This document shows, in pieces, positions 1 through 10,060 of a stretch of 47,050 nt of DNA (within the stretch, counting starts at the first letter, position 1; each line of letters starts with the position of its first letter). The stretch spans positions 1 to 47,050 of IMG/VR virus record IMGVR_UViG_3300028293_000010, one strand, 5' to 3'. Position numbers and translations under genes: made by a program. The DNA is from a virus. Taxonomy: Duplodnaviria; Caudoviricetes. The notes under the pieces are model-generated. The model did not search any database and was not told the origin of the DNA. It saw only the letters and a list, made by a program, of their open reading frames with translations.

Positions 1-3000
1 TGCACTCAGCATCTTGGTAGTCGCAATCATTCCTAACGAAGCTCCGGCAGCAGTGCGGCTCATTTCATGCTCGCGACCTTGTGTCGCATCCAGCTTCCCC
101 GCTGAAGCCAACGTACGCACGAACATCGCTTCCCCCGGCGACAACGTGCCCAGCTGCAACTCAGCGTCAAGTGCGCCCAGTATGGCCCCCTTCATGCCCC
201 CCAGCGTCTGCCCTTGCGAAAGCCCCTTATCGAGAGTGTTCTTAAGGATGATCAGCGCCTTGCCACTGGCGGTGAACATTGCCCCGCCCGCCTTGAAGAA
301 TCCGTACTGCCCACCGAGAAACGGCCAAGTCAAATGCCCCGGCTGCATCAGGTTGATGAGATAGAACGACGGTGATAATGCAAGAAACATGTTATGGCCA
401 AACGCTTTTACACCGTCAACAACCGGTGTCTCGACTGGATTCAAGCCATTGAGAAACCGTTTCGTAAGCTCATCATGAATCATCTGCGCTTCGCTATGCA
501 CCCTTGGATCTTGCGCTGCCAGCGGCTCGATCTGCGACTTCAGGTCCGCGAACGCTTTATTGAACAGTGGCATGCTGTACGCATTGGCCAGCATCGAGGT
601 CATGCTAGTAGCCCGTGCCGTATAGTTACGCAGGAAGTCCGCTTGATAACCTAATGTGCGACCGGGATTACGCGGTGTCATCGCCTTGCGTGCCGACATG
701 TCGGGGATCGCATCTAGCGCCCACCGCTTGATCGACTCGTGCATATCCTTCACCAACGCCGCTTCAGTCGGCGACATGCCGGTTGTATCGAACGATGCAT
801 CGAGATTGCTATGCAGCGTCTTGGCGAAGTCCGGTACCCCTCGCGCTGTCTGCAGGTGGTCCTTATCCGCCAAGCTGCCCCCGCGCAGGTTATCGACTGC
901 TGCCGCACCTAACGGTCGCATTGCTTGGAACGCTGCATCCCGCTCCTGCTCTGATTCAAAGCGCATGAACACGTGCCGATTGCCCATTGCAGGTTGGCCA
1001 ATGACCACATTGTGCGACTTCAATACCTGCTGCACCTGCGCCAACGACTGCGCACCGGCGCGAATATCAAACTCGACAAAGTGGTCGCCCATGCGCCCAA
1101 GATGCTGGTACGGGTTCGCTACTGCCGCCCTGTAAAACTCGTCAATCTTGTTGAACTCGCTGCCGACGTTTGCCTGTCGCACTTCAGCAAGGACCGCCTG
1201 CAACCGCAGATCCAGATTCTTCGTATACACATCAGGATAGTACGGCAGCTTGTTTTGCCCCTGCGTAGGCAACGTGCCTTGATTCAAGGACGGGTCACGA
1301 ATGTCCAGACGCGATAGCCAGCGATTCACTTGTGGCCCTATCGTCCGTTCCCGTATCTTCAGGTAATTGCGCAGTGTAGTCGTTGACTGCTGGATGAAGT
1401 TCTTGCGGTTCAGCGCGAACGTATGTTCCAGTGGTGTCCGGACCTCCTGCGGCAATGCCATGTATCGCTGGTGCAGACCATCAACATAGATCCGCATCTC
1501 CGCGCTCTGCTCCAGATTCGGATTGCGTTGGCGGTTGAGGTTGTAGCCCATGTTCAGGTCAATGTTCAACCCGCTCATTTCCCCAGCGAGGATACTGACC
1601 TCCTTGTTCATTGCCGCCGCCTCATCGCTTTTCATCCCGTCCAGCTTCAGGCTGATGGTCCTGACAGGCTGCATGAACTCGGCTGTCTTGTCCTGCACCA
1701 TCTGCGTCTTCACGCTGTCCGCTGCGAAGTACGCCTTGAAGCCTGCGGAGATAGGAGCCAGCGTCGGCGAGTTTTCGTACCACTGCTGGATATGCCGGGT
1801 GGTCATCGCGTACAGCATTGCACGGGTTGTCATGTTACCGACGTTGCCCTGCTTGGCTACCGCCTGCAACCCCTTCTCGACCGAACTGGTGATCGCCGCC
1901 ATCATCCGGTCAACCCCCAACATGTCTGCTACCGGACCAAGGTCTTCCCCGAAACGAGGCTCCGCTACATTCTCCAACCCGGTCATGTCCTGATTTTCGA
2001 ACCGCCGCGACAGGTCCAACGCGTGTTCCAGTGCGTTGTTGTAACTGGCATCAGCACGCCCCAGCACCCGGCCCATCCATTCCACGAACGAGTCCCAAAG
2101 GTTCTTGCCTTTGTATACCATCTTTTTCAGCTTATCCTGAAACTCCAGATTGCTGTTGGCTTCCGTCAGAAACTCGTGTACGTCTTTAAACCCATAATCC
2201 CGTTTGGTCTTCGACGCGAACTTGGCCCGCTCCATCAACTTCCGCAACTCCTGCAAATCCTTGACCAGTTCCACTTCCTGCGATGTGCGCGAATATTCGG
2301 AAACCTTCTCGGCATTCTCGGCAGCGAGCAGCCGCGCCATCTGCGCAGCATGGTTCAACTCATGCATCACTGCATGCACGCTGAACTCTTTTATCACCGC
2401 CGTGTCAGCCCGATAGAAATACGTGCCACCCCACTTCGCACCTTTGGCATTGGCCGCATTCCAACGCTTGGCTACTTCCCTCTGCATGCGTGGATCAGTC
2501 ACGCCATGCCACGCTTGGAACGTAGTCTTCAAACCAAGCGCCCGTATCCGATCAACCAGTGGCTGCATCCGCTCCGAAAACTCCGACGCTTCCACTGCCG
2601 CCAGCACGTTCTCAAGACTTCCAGAACGTACAGCTACGTCGATGTTAACGTCGTATATATGTTCATCGAATGAAATCTTGTCGGCAGCGTTCTTATATTC
2701 CTCCGAACTAAATGCCAATTCCTCGTACGTCTGCTGCAACGCTGCCCGCTGCTTTGCGGTCATCTTGTCGATGGTCTTACCCAGCCGTTCCTCGTAAGCC
2801 CGACGCACCTTGTCAGCCAGCGGATCTTGCGCTTCCAGACGGTCCAGCGCCGTTTGCGCATGCTCGCGAACCTCCAGCTTGGAACTGCCCAGATCCTTAT
2901 GCGCCTGTGCGTAGCTGTCACGCCATGCCTTATCGCCGATACCGAGAGGGTCTGCCCCGTAATTGAGTCGAGTATCCTCGAAAGCATAGCGACGCAATTC

Positions 3001-6000
3001 GTTGATGTGCTTGCGCTGGGTCACGTTCCGGTACGCACGACTGGAATTGATCGTCTCGTTATATTCCTGAGTGATCCTGTCCATCTCCTCCCGCGTCATC
3101 TGCTCACGCGGCTTACCCAATCGCTTCTCATGCTCGCGCTGAAGCTGATCCTCCAGCTGCTTAGCCGCCTTCTGTACACTTTTCCGCGCTCGTTCGTTAA
3201 CAGCAAGGATAGCCTCGCGCCGTTTCTGCGCTGCCTGCGCCCGACCGGGGATGTCCGCTCCTTCATACTGCGACAGCCAATGCAGTGCTGCCGCTGCATT
3301 CAGCTGGTCCGTATGCCCTGCCGCCGCATCGTTAACCTTGTCACCCAGTTCCGTCAGACCCTTCGCCAGATTCTGCGCCCGAATGTAGTCGTCCAGCCAT
3401 ATCTGGTTACTCTGCCGATTCACCGGACTGCGCGTATCGTCATAGGTGTAATGTTCGAAAGCGAAACGCTCCTGACGCGTCTTACGTTGCTCTGCTTTGG
3501 GTATTAGGTTGGTTTTTTTCTTTTGAATGACGCGGGCCGTTTCAGCCCTTTCGGCAAGCGTAAGCCCCTGCTCGCGTTGTCCCACTCCTGCACCACCTTC
3601 TGGCTGATCTTGCCCTGCTTCGCCAGTACGTGAAATTTGCCTCTCTGTTTCTGGGAAACGTATGGCATCATCGCCCTCCAGTAAGTTAGCCTGTGCGTGT
3701 CCAATCTCGCTCTCGTGCCGTGTCCCCATCTCGGCGATAAGCGAGTTCAACGAAGTCCGCGCCGGGGAATTTTCCTTCAGCTTGCCCGCAGCAGTACGTA
3801 ACACGTGTATCTGCTTGGCAAGCCCCTCGTATTCAGCAGCGGTATTAAACGCGTTGCTGACTGACCGCTGGTCCTGCTTGGTTATCTTCTGCTCTCCATG
3901 TAACGCCTGCCACCTGCCCTGCAGTCCTTCCAGCGGCAGTGCCCTTACCCGCCCACTTTCGGTAAGGCCGAGGGGGGCGTCGGCAGGGAGCGGGGTAATG
4001 GTGCTTTTGGCTCCTCCCGCAGTCTCTGCACTCGGTCCCGCATCTGGTGTCGTACGCTCTTGAGCTTGCGCTTGGGCTGCATTTAGTGCCTCCTTTTCCC
4101 CACGTGGTACTACACCTAATTTTTCACCTGCAGCAAAGATACTGTGTTTTTCGCTTTGTGTTAGTGAAGGATCTTTAGCGATCATCGTACGAAAATCAGC
4201 ATTACCTAAATCTGCCGGAATGAATGGCCACTCAGATTTCCAACCTGCTTCGCGCTGTGCTTGTAATGCTAATTCGTGAGGCACGCTACGTTGCGTAAAC
4301 AGCTGTTGTTGCCCCGGTGCTGTTTCCGGTTGTACTACCTGCTCTGGTTGCTGCTGCAGGTGGTTGTTCACATACCCGACGTACGCATCCTGATACTCAG
4401 CCTGCGTCGGCTGCTTGCCGCCTTTCAGCTTCAACTCACCCTTCTGCGCCTTCCGCTCCGCTTGCATACCGGCAACAAACTGCGAGAAGGTCATCGCCCC
4501 TTCCGGCGGGTTCACAATGACCTGTGCAACTGCCGCCTTACGTTCCGTCTCGTTCTTCGCCGCTGCGACACCAGCCACCGCCTTGGCCGCATCCCGCGAC
4601 CGCTGCATGGTTGCCATCCGCCCAGTACGCTCCTGCTGCGCCCCCTGCGCCTGCCGCATCTGCTCTACAGTCTGCGCGTACGGAGTCTGCGCATCCTGCC
4701 GCATCTGCGAGATGGAACTCATGAACGGCGAAACTATTGGAGGTGTTACTGCCGGTTGCGCCTGTTGCGAGAAGATCGACGCAGCCTGCTGCGCTTGCTG
4801 CGCCACAGTGGCTTGCTGGGTCGCTTGCTGCTGCGCTGTTGCAGTCGCTGCAGCCTGCTGCTGTGCTGCCTGCTCCGCAGCATCCCGCTCAGCCTGACGC
4901 GCCGCAGTCTGCTGCATCGCATCCTGCAGATTTCCTTCATCCTGCTGCGTATACTTGCTCGCGATCTGCTTGTTGGCTTCGACTATCTGGTCGCCACGCC
5001 ACTGTTTTATCGCCGCTTCATCACCCGTCATTTTCTGCAACGTCGGCGTCAAAGCCTGTTGTGCCGCAGTCATCTGCGCCAACTGCTGGTTGGACGTTGG
5101 AAGATTCGGATTGACTTGTGTAGCCTGTTGCACCAACTTCTGATTATGCGCGTGACTCGCACGTATACCAAAAGCCGAGAACGGCAATATCCACGGCATC
5201 ATGCCCAACGTCGGCGCAATCGAAGCTACAGCCGCTTCGTACGGATCTTGGGTATCAGCCCCGGCTTGCTTCTCAATCGCTGCCGTGGCATAGCCTTGCG
5301 CCGTTTCAACGGCAGTTTCACCAGCAGTAGCCGTCGCCGCTACCTTGCCGAAATCTTTCCAGAAGCTCGGATTCCCCAGTGACTTGAGCGCATCGGGTAC
5401 GGACATCCCGGTCTTGCCAAGGGTACTCAGAATCGCCTTGCCACCCTTCGCAGCACCGAAACCTATCATGCTGCCCGCGACATCACCGAAGGCTTCCACA
5501 GTTCCGGTTAACTGCCCCGTTTGCCGTGCCTCCTCCGGCGAATGCCCGGTCTTGATCATCTTGTTGTAGGTGTCGGTAAACTGCGATCCAAACGCAGTCG
5601 CCCCTACCACACCCAGTCCTACTAAACCTGCTCCCGGTAAACCTGCCAACGCCAGCGGCACCGCAGCCAGAGCAGGAGCCATTGAACCTACAACCTGCGC
5701 CCCACCTTCCGCTATACTACGTGTAGCGATGTTATGCGCAGTCTCGCTGGGGTCTGCCATGTACTTGACCGCATTGTCCGCAGTGGCTTCCTGCAGCTTC
5801 GTACCCCAATCGTACAGCGTGTCACCGGGCTGACCGGGCATCTGCAACGCCTTCCCGATACGTTGCGGCGCTTCGTACGTCAGGCCGCGCCCCAGTAACC
5901 CTGCGCCAAGTTCCGCTATCGTGCCCCGTGGGTTCAGCGACAACTCCACCTGCTTCTTCTGCATCGGCGACAACGAGTTGTAGAACGCAGCATCGGCATC

Positions 6001-6105
6001 ATCGGGCGATTGCGCGGCTTGCGTAGGCGGCAGCGTAAGTTCCGGGGGCTGGGTGTTATACCCCGGTACGTATTTCTGCATCAACGGCAGGTAGTCGATA
6101 GGCAT
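1..6105 (-). CDS. Giant (>2035 aa, 3'-truncated by window edge) PLxRFG-like internal virion / DNA-ejection protein
   Basis: Absent from the ORF track, consistent with no stop before position 1. ATG at 6105 overlaps the upstream TAA (TAATG). Translates MPIDYLPLMQKYVPG...; I checked the frame open by hand at ~300-420, ~1070-1140 and ~3480-4320. Ala/Gln-rich coiled region at ~4300-5100. Motif NPYQHLGRMGDHFVEF (~1070-1115) resembles PLxRFG, followed by FLALSPSFYLINLMQP...PFLGGQYG. Confidence 0.8.
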   Translation of the reverse strand, partial: MPIDYLPLMQKYVPGYNTQPPELTLPPTQAAQSPDDADAAFYNSLSPMQKKQVELSLNPRGTIAELGAGLLGRGLTYEAPQRIGKALQMPGQPGDTLYDWGTKLQEATADNAVKYMADPSETAHNIATRSIAEGGAQVVGSMAPALAAVPLALAGLPGAGLVGLGVVGATAFGSQFTDTYNKMIKTGHSPEEARQTGQLTGTVEAFGDVAGSMIGFGAAKGGKAILSTLGKTGMSVPDALKSLGNPSFWKDFGKVAATATAGETAVETAQGYATAAIEKQAGADTQDPYEAAVASIAPTLGMMPWILPFSAFGIRASHAHNQKLVQQATQVNPNLPTSNQQLAQMTAAQQALTPTLQKMTGDEAAIKQWRGDQIVEANKQIASKYTQQDEGNLQDAMQQTAARQAERDAAEQAAQQQAAATATAQQQATQQATVAQQAQQAASIFSQQAQPAVTPPIVSPFMSSISQMRQDAQTPYAQTVEQMRQAQGAQQERTGRMATMQRSRDAAKAVAGVAAAKNETERKAAVAQVIVNPPEGAMTFSQFVAGMQAERKAQKGELKLKGGKQPTQAEYQDAYVGYVNNHLQQQPEQVVQPETAPGQQQLFTQRSVPHELALQAQREAGWKSEWPFIPADLGNADFRTMIAKDPSLTQSEKHSIFAAGEKLGVVPRGEKEALNAAQAQAQERTTPDAGPSAETAGGAKSTITPLPADAPLGLTESGRVRALPLEGLQGRWQALHGEQKITKQDQRSVSNAFNTAAEYEGLAKQIHVLRTAAGKLKENSPARTSLNSLIAEMGTRHESEIGHAQANLLEGDDAIRFPETERQISRTGEAGQDQPEGGAGVGQREQGLTLAERAETARVIQKKKTNLIPKAEQRKTRQERFAFEHYTYDDTRSPVNRQSNQIWLDDYIRAQNLAKGLTELGDKVNDAAAGHTDQLNAAAALHWLSQYEGADIPGRAQAAQKRREAILAVNERARKSVQKAAKQLEDQLQREHEKRLGKPREQMTREEMDRITQEYNETINSSRAYRNVTQRKHINELRRYAFEDTRLNYGADPLGIGDKAWRDSYAQAHKDLGSSKLEVREHAQTALDRLEAQDPLADKVRRAYEERLGKTIDKMTAKQRAALQQTYEELAFSSEEYKNAADKISFDEHIYDVNIDVAVRSGSLENVLAAVEASEFSERMQPLVDRIRALGLKTTFQAWHGVTDPRMQREVAKRWNAANAKGAKWGGTYFYRADTAVIKEFSVHAVMHELNHAAQMARLLAAENAEKVSEYSRTSQEVELVKDLQELRKLMERAKFASKTKRDYGFKDVHEFLTEANSNLEFQDKLKKMVYKGKNLWDSFVEWMGRVLGRADASYNNALEHALDLSRRFENQDMTGLENVAEPRFGEDLGPVADMLGVDRMMAAITSSVEKGLQAVAKQGNVGNMTTRAMLYAMTTRHIQQWYENSPTLAPISAGFKAYFAADSVKTQMVQDKTAEFMQPVRTISLKLDGMKSDEAAAMNKEVSILAGEMSGLNIDLNMGYNLNRQRNPNLEQSAEMRIYVDGLHQRYMALPQEVRTPLEHTFALNRKNFIQQSTTTLRNYLKIRERTIGPQVNRWLSRLDIRDPSLNQGTLPTQGQNKLPYYPDVYTKNLDLRLQAVLAEVRQANVGSEFNKIDEFYRAAVANPYQHLGRMGDHFVEFDIRAGAQSLAQVQQVLKSHNVVIGQPAMGNRHVFMRFESEQERDAAFQAMRPLGAAAVDNLRGGSLADKDHLQTARGVPDFAKTLHSNLDASFDTTGMSPTEAALVKDMHESIKRWALDAIPDMSARKAMTPRNPGRTLGYQADFLRNYTARATSMTSMLANAYSMPLFNKAFADLKSQIEPLAAQDPRVHSEAQMIHDELTKRFLNGLNPVETPVVDGVKAFGHNMFLALSPSFYLINLMQPGHLTWPFLGGQYGFFKAGGAMFTASGKALIILKNTLDKGLSQGQTLGGMKGAILGALDAELQLGTLSPGEAMFVRTLASAGKLDATQGREHEMSRTAAGASLGMIATTKMLSA
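3504..3668 (-). CDS. Small basic protein (54 aa, MPYVSQKQRGKFHVLAKQGKISQKVVQEWD...) nested in another frame inside the giant gene
   Basis: GGAGGG RBS 5 nt before the ATG, a CTAACTTAC motif immediately upstream, and a sequence resembling small phage MPxxSxxQR..F proteins. Confidence 0.6.
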   Translation of the reverse strand: MPYVSQKQRGKFHVLAKQGKISQKVVQEWDNASRGLRLPKGLKRPASFKRKKPT

Positions 6106-8387
6106 TATTTTGGCGCGAACAATTCGCGTCCTTTGGCGGCATTCCTGCGTTGTTCCGCCAAAGCCGCTTCTTCATCATGTGTTACATGCTGGACATCACC
6201 AGTGTCTTTATTGAATATGCTGTACGCAATGGGCGACGATATATCCCCCTTCACCATTTGCAGATTTTTCCCTCCAGCGGCACTAGGATGTAACAGATGC
6301 GAAATTGCCTGCGCTTGCGGCAACTTATTCTGGTTAACGTATTGATTGATTCGGTTCTCAAGTTCCAGCTTTGGCAAATGTGGAACAAGCCCCATCTCAG
6401 CCGCTTGCCGATGTGCATCCGCCATCTCTCGATGTCCAGCATAAGTCAACTCATGCCCATACATCGCCCCCTGCTGTCGCATCCGCTCCAATGGCATAGC
6501 CTGTTGTGCCTGCTGCCACGCTGCCCGTGCACCCAACTGCGCTGCACCTGCTTGCTGCTGACCCGTCTGCGCCTGTATTCCTTCCAGATTGCGAGCCACC
6601 TCCATATCGCGAGTCTTCGCCATCCGTCGTGCTTTCCACTGGTCGAACACATCGCCGGATGAACCCAGCCGCCTGATGTCCTGATCAAACGGATGCGACG
6701 TATCAATCGTCTGCGCTGGCTCCGGCATGCGCTCATCGCCGCCACCTCCACCAATCGCCCCGGTAGCCCGCAATGCGCCAAAGTCGCCGCGATCTGCCGC
6801 TGCCCGTTGCGCTGCGGCCAAGTCCGCACTGACTCCCGGTGCCATGCCCAGCCGCTGCGCTGTCGGGCCTACTCCCTGCGCTGCAGCAGCCGCAGCAGGG
6901 CCAGCGCCACCCGGCGCACCACCGGGAAGCGGGTTGAACCCGGAGAACTGGTTAAGACGGCCAGACTTGTCCGCAGTCGCTGTAATGGTGTCACCATAGC
7001 CATAGTTCGACTCCATCTGCGTGCCGGGTTTAACCGTCCCCCGCATTGCGTCACGCATCAAAAAACCGGTGCCCTCCGTTGCATAGTTGATCTTCTTCGG
7101 TAGTGTAACATCAGTAGGCTTGGCTACATTGCCTTGGGTATAACCAGATTCATCCGGAGGAGCCGCAGGACCGCCCGCCTTCGGCGTCGCTGCATTCACC
7201 GCATTCGCGGTAGCTGCTGGACTGGATGCAGGGTCCATGCCGAGAAGCCCACGTCCGAAACCGGACGCCGCATTCCATACATCCCCAGCAAAGTCACCGA
7301 CCTTCTGCGCCGCGCCTACCAGCGGCGCACCGATATATGCTCGCGCCCCGATCCCTAATCCACGAGCAGTATTACCCGCATCCATCGCCGCCTGCGACTC
7401 AGCCATCGTCTTGTTGAAATACTGGGAAGTCGGCTCATCGCTGGCCGACTGCAACCCACGCTGCCCCGCTGGATAATCCGGACGATCTGCCCCTGTCTGT
7501 ATCCGTTCCGCAGCAGTTGCCGAAGGAGCCTCGCCGGGTGCCGTCATCTGCGGATAACGCACTTGATCGAACTCCCGCGCCACCGCCCATGGCATGGCCG
7601 TCCGTGCAGCCTGCGTAGCCAGTTCCGCTCCCGGCAAGCCCTTCACTGCAGTACGCCCAGCATCCACCATGGCGTTCCATTCAGGACTGGTGGCCCCCCG
7701 TGTCGGCATCGGTGCAGCAGGGGCTGCAGAGGCTGCAGGAGCCTCACCGGGCGCTGCCGCTGGATACCGTACCCGGTCGAACTCCTGCGCCACCACACGC
7801 GGCATACCGCGCCCAGAAGGCACCATATTGGCATTCCACTCAGTGTTGGTCGAATCACGCGTCGGCATCGGTGGTGGTACGCCACCAGTCGGTATCGGCT
7901 GATTCACAGCCGTAGGTCCAGCTGGTGCCGCCGTCACTGGTGGTGCCCGCATCCCTTGATTGAATTCACGCGCCACTGGCCACGGCATCGGTGTCGCCGG
8001 GGCAGCACCGGTATCAATCGACTCACCACGATCCAGTGCCGCCAGCCGCGCTGCTTGCAGATCACCGCCCAGCCCCGAGGCCATCCCCAGCTTTTGCGGA
8101 GCCGGTGGCCCCGAAGGATATTGCACTCGGTCGAACTCCTGTGCTACCACCCGTGGCATGGTACCGTCACCACGTACAGGATAATTCGGCTGATCCACCT
8201 GCGCCGGTTCCGGATAGTCGCGAATCGACATCCCCGCCGGTTGTGCACCTGTCCACGCTAACCCCCCCATTGCAGCGCGGCGTGGCCGTACTACCGGTGT
8301 GGGTGGTGCCATCGGTGGAAACCCACGTGGCATTCCCGTCAGGTTGGCATTCCAATCCATATTGGTTGGGTCGCGATAAGCCATCAT
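6105..8387 (-). CDS. Pro/Ala/Gly-rich repeat protein, putative internal virion (ejection) protein
   Basis: ~760 aa ORF coupled to both neighbours by stop/start overlaps; low complexity with internal repeats; lies between the adaptor and the giant protein. Confidence 0.65.
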   Translation of the reverse strand: MMAYRDPTNMDWNANLTGMPRGFPPMAPPTPVVRPRRAAMGGLAWTGAQPAGMSIRDYPEPAQVDQPNYPVRGDGTMPRVVAQEFDRVQYPSGPPAPQKLGMASGLGGDLQAARLAALDRGESIDTGAAPATPMPWPVAREFNQGMRAPPVTAAPAGPTAVNQPIPTGGVPPPMPTRDSTNTEWNANMVPSGRGMPRVVAQEFDRVRYPAAAPGEAPAASAAPAAPMPTRGATSPEWNAMVDAGRTAVKGLPGAELATQAARTAMPWAVAREFDQVRYPQMTAPGEAPSATAAERIQTGADRPDYPAGQRGLQSASDEPTSQYFNKTMAESQAAMDAGNTARGLGIGARAYIGAPLVGAAQKVGDFAGDVWNAASGFGRGLLGMDPASSPAATANAVNAATPKAGGPAAPPDESGYTQGNVAKPTDVTLPKKINYATEGTGFLMRDAMRGTVKPGTQMESNYGYGDTITATADKSGRLNQFSGFNPLPGGAPGGAGPAAAAAAQGVGPTAQRLGMAPGVSADLAAAQRAAADRGDFGALRATGAIGGGGGDERMPEPAQTIDTSHPFDQDIRRLGSSGDVFDQWKARRMAKTRDMEVARNLEGIQAQTGQQQAGAAQLGARAAWQQAQQAMPLERMRQQGAMYGHELTYAGHREMADAHRQAAEMGLVPHLPKLELENRINQYVNQNKLPQAQAISHLLHPSAAGGKNLQMVKGDISSPIAYSIFNKDTGDVQHVTHDEEAALAEQRRNAAKGRELFAPK

Positions 8388-9139
8388 GGACTCCATGTGT
8401 AACCAGCACGACCGAAACTCCAGCGCACTGGTTGGAACATTTTCGAACGCTGCTCTTTCAACGCCTGCGCCATGGCTTCCTCAAACTCCTTCTTGAACGA
8501 ATCAGCCTTGGTGCTGGCACCATCGATGTCAGCCGTACGGAAGCAGCGCCATGCCACACCATCCAGCAAGTTCAGGTGGTACACCTCTGGCACTTCGAAC
8601 GTCATCTGCAGATCGCTCAATTTCAGCGGCAGTAACGGCATGCGGGCGATGCGCAGCTTGATCAGCTTACCTGCCACTTCAGCACTCGGTGCCGGGTACA
8701 CCCGCAACTCGATTGCTGCTGAGTTGTCGTCCTGCTTCAACCCTTCGTCGGTACTGAACAACAGCGGACGACCCGGCGTAGCACGCGCATCATTGACATC
8801 GAAGTACAACGGGTCAGACGCCTGCAACCCGGCGAACATCGAGTGCCCAGCCCGCGTCAGGTCAAAACCATCAGTGTCGTACTTGGCAGTAACCACCGCC
8901 CGCACCGCCGGATGCAGAGTGTAGACCTCCTTGCCCTGAACCAGTGGTATCTGCACCAGCAACACTGTAGTGTCATCGCGTAGCGTCAGCGTCTTGCGCG
9001 CCCACAGCTTCTGGATGAAGTCCATGTAGCGCACAAGGGTGTCATCGGTCCACAGATGATCATCCGGCCCCGACACCTGATCCGCCTCGTCACGCAATAG
9101 ATTGTCGCGCAACTCGACAATGGCTTCATCCAGTTTCAT
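8384..9139 (-). CDS. Head-to-tail adaptor / tail tubular protein A-like
   Basis: 251 aa; WTDDTLVRY, P.L.STD, LRVYPAP and EVPEVYHLNLLDGVAWRCF patterns typical of podovirus adaptors; position after the capsid genes. Confidence 0.65.
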   Translation of the reverse strand: MKLDEAIVELRDNLLRDEADQVSGPDDHLWTDDTLVRYMDFIQKLWARKTLTLRDDTTVLLVQIPLVQGKEVYTLHPAVRAVVTAKYDTDGFDLTRAGHSMFAGLQASDPLYFDVNDARATPGRPLLFSTDEGLKQDDNSAAIELRVYPAPSAEVAGKLIKLRIARMPLLPLKLSDLQMTFEVPEVYHLNLLDGVAWRCFRTADIDGASTKADSFKKEFEEAMAQALKEQRSKMFQPVRWSFGRAGYTWSP

Positions 9140-9140
9140 G

Positions 9141-9509
9141 TTACACGTCCCGGCTGACTAAACGATAAGGGAAGCGCAGTCGGCTGCGGTAGCCCATCAC
9201 CTGTCGCGTGGTGGGGTCCACCTGCGGCACCGACATGATGGCATCGTTGAGAACGTTGATCAGGCCCACCGGCACATCCGCTGGCTCGCCGGGGCGCAAC
9301 ATAAACGAGCGCCCGTTCAGCCCGAAGAACTGCCCAGTCGGCGGGATCTCGTCACTCTCCTCCAGCTGGATGCGAATCATCTTCTCCGCAGCCTGCTTGG
9401 TGTTGACTGCCTTGCGCTTCGGTGGCTCGATAACCGGCTGGTTCAGTGGTGGCAGTTCGCCATCATCGTCTTCATCATCGAGGTTGTTGCCAAACAATGC
9501 TGCACTCAT
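9141..9509 (-). CDS. Virion-module hypothetical protein
   Basis: 122 aa, AAAGGA RBS, GLNGRSFMLRPGEPADVP...RFPY motif of the kind found in head-module proteins. Confidence 0.6.
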   Translation of the reverse strand: MSAALFGNNLDDEDDDGELPPLNQPVIEPPKRKAVNTKQAAEKMIRIQLEESDEIPPTGQFFGLNGRSFMLRPGEPADVPVGLINVLNDAIMSVPQVDPTTRQVMGYRSRLRFPYRLVSRDV

Positions 9510-9538
9510 GCTATTTCCTTTTCAAGTTTAGATGTAAC

Positions 9539-9560
9539 ACGGGGGCGTTACCGCCCCCGT
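9539..9560 (-). terminator. Intergenic hairpin, possible terminator or processing stem
   Basis: ACGGGGGCG-GTAA-CGCCCCCGT on the minus strand after the 9583 ORF; weak U tail. Confidence 0.5.
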
Positions 9561-9582
9561 ACGCTCTACTATCAACACCAGC

Positions 9583-10050
9583 TTACGCGTGCGCTGCGGC
9601 CTTCTTCTCTGCCGCAGCCTTGGCTTCCGCCGCTGCTATTGCGGCCTTTTCTTCCGCCGTCAGGTGCTTCTGGGCTTCCGCCGTGGCCTTGTCGGATGCC
9701 GTCTTGACCGCCGCCGCAGCCTTGTCGGCGGCAGCTTTGTCTTCCGCCGCAGCCTTGTCGGCAGCAGCCTTGGCATCATGCGCAGCCTTCACTTCGGCCT
9801 CCGTAGCCAGTTTGCTGTCTTCTGCCTGCTGTACGGCAGTTGCTGCCTGCTTTGCTGCTTCAGCACTGGCTGCAGCCCTGTCCGTTGCTGCCTTGGCTTC
9901 CACCGCCGCCGCTGCAGCCTTAGCTTCTTCCGGAGAAACCGGAGGAGGAAGCCGCGATAGTGCCTGCTTGACCAGCATGAGAATGTAGCTCCGCTCGTCG
10001 GGAACCAGCGGCAGGGAGTTGAGGTAACTCGTCAAGATATTCAGGTTCAT
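9583..10050 (-). CDS. Ala/Lys-rich helical hypothetical protein
   Basis: AAGGAGA RBS before ATG 10050; (D/E)KAAA repeats. Confidence 0.65.
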   Translation of the reverse strand: MNLNILTSYLNSLPLVPDERSYILMLVKQALSRLPPPVSPEEAKAAAAAVEAKAATDRAAASAEAAKQAATAVQQAEDSKLATEAEVKAAHDAKAAADKAAAEDKAAADKAAAAVKTASDKATAEAQKHLTAEEKAAIAAAEAKAAAEKKAAAHA

Positions 10051-10060
10051 CGTCTTCTCC

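Noticed and set aside
1-6105. Stop-codon recoding or pseudogene to explain the absence of a minus-strand ORF in the track
   Set aside because: The frame is simply open to the window edge; no in-frame stops in the segments checked
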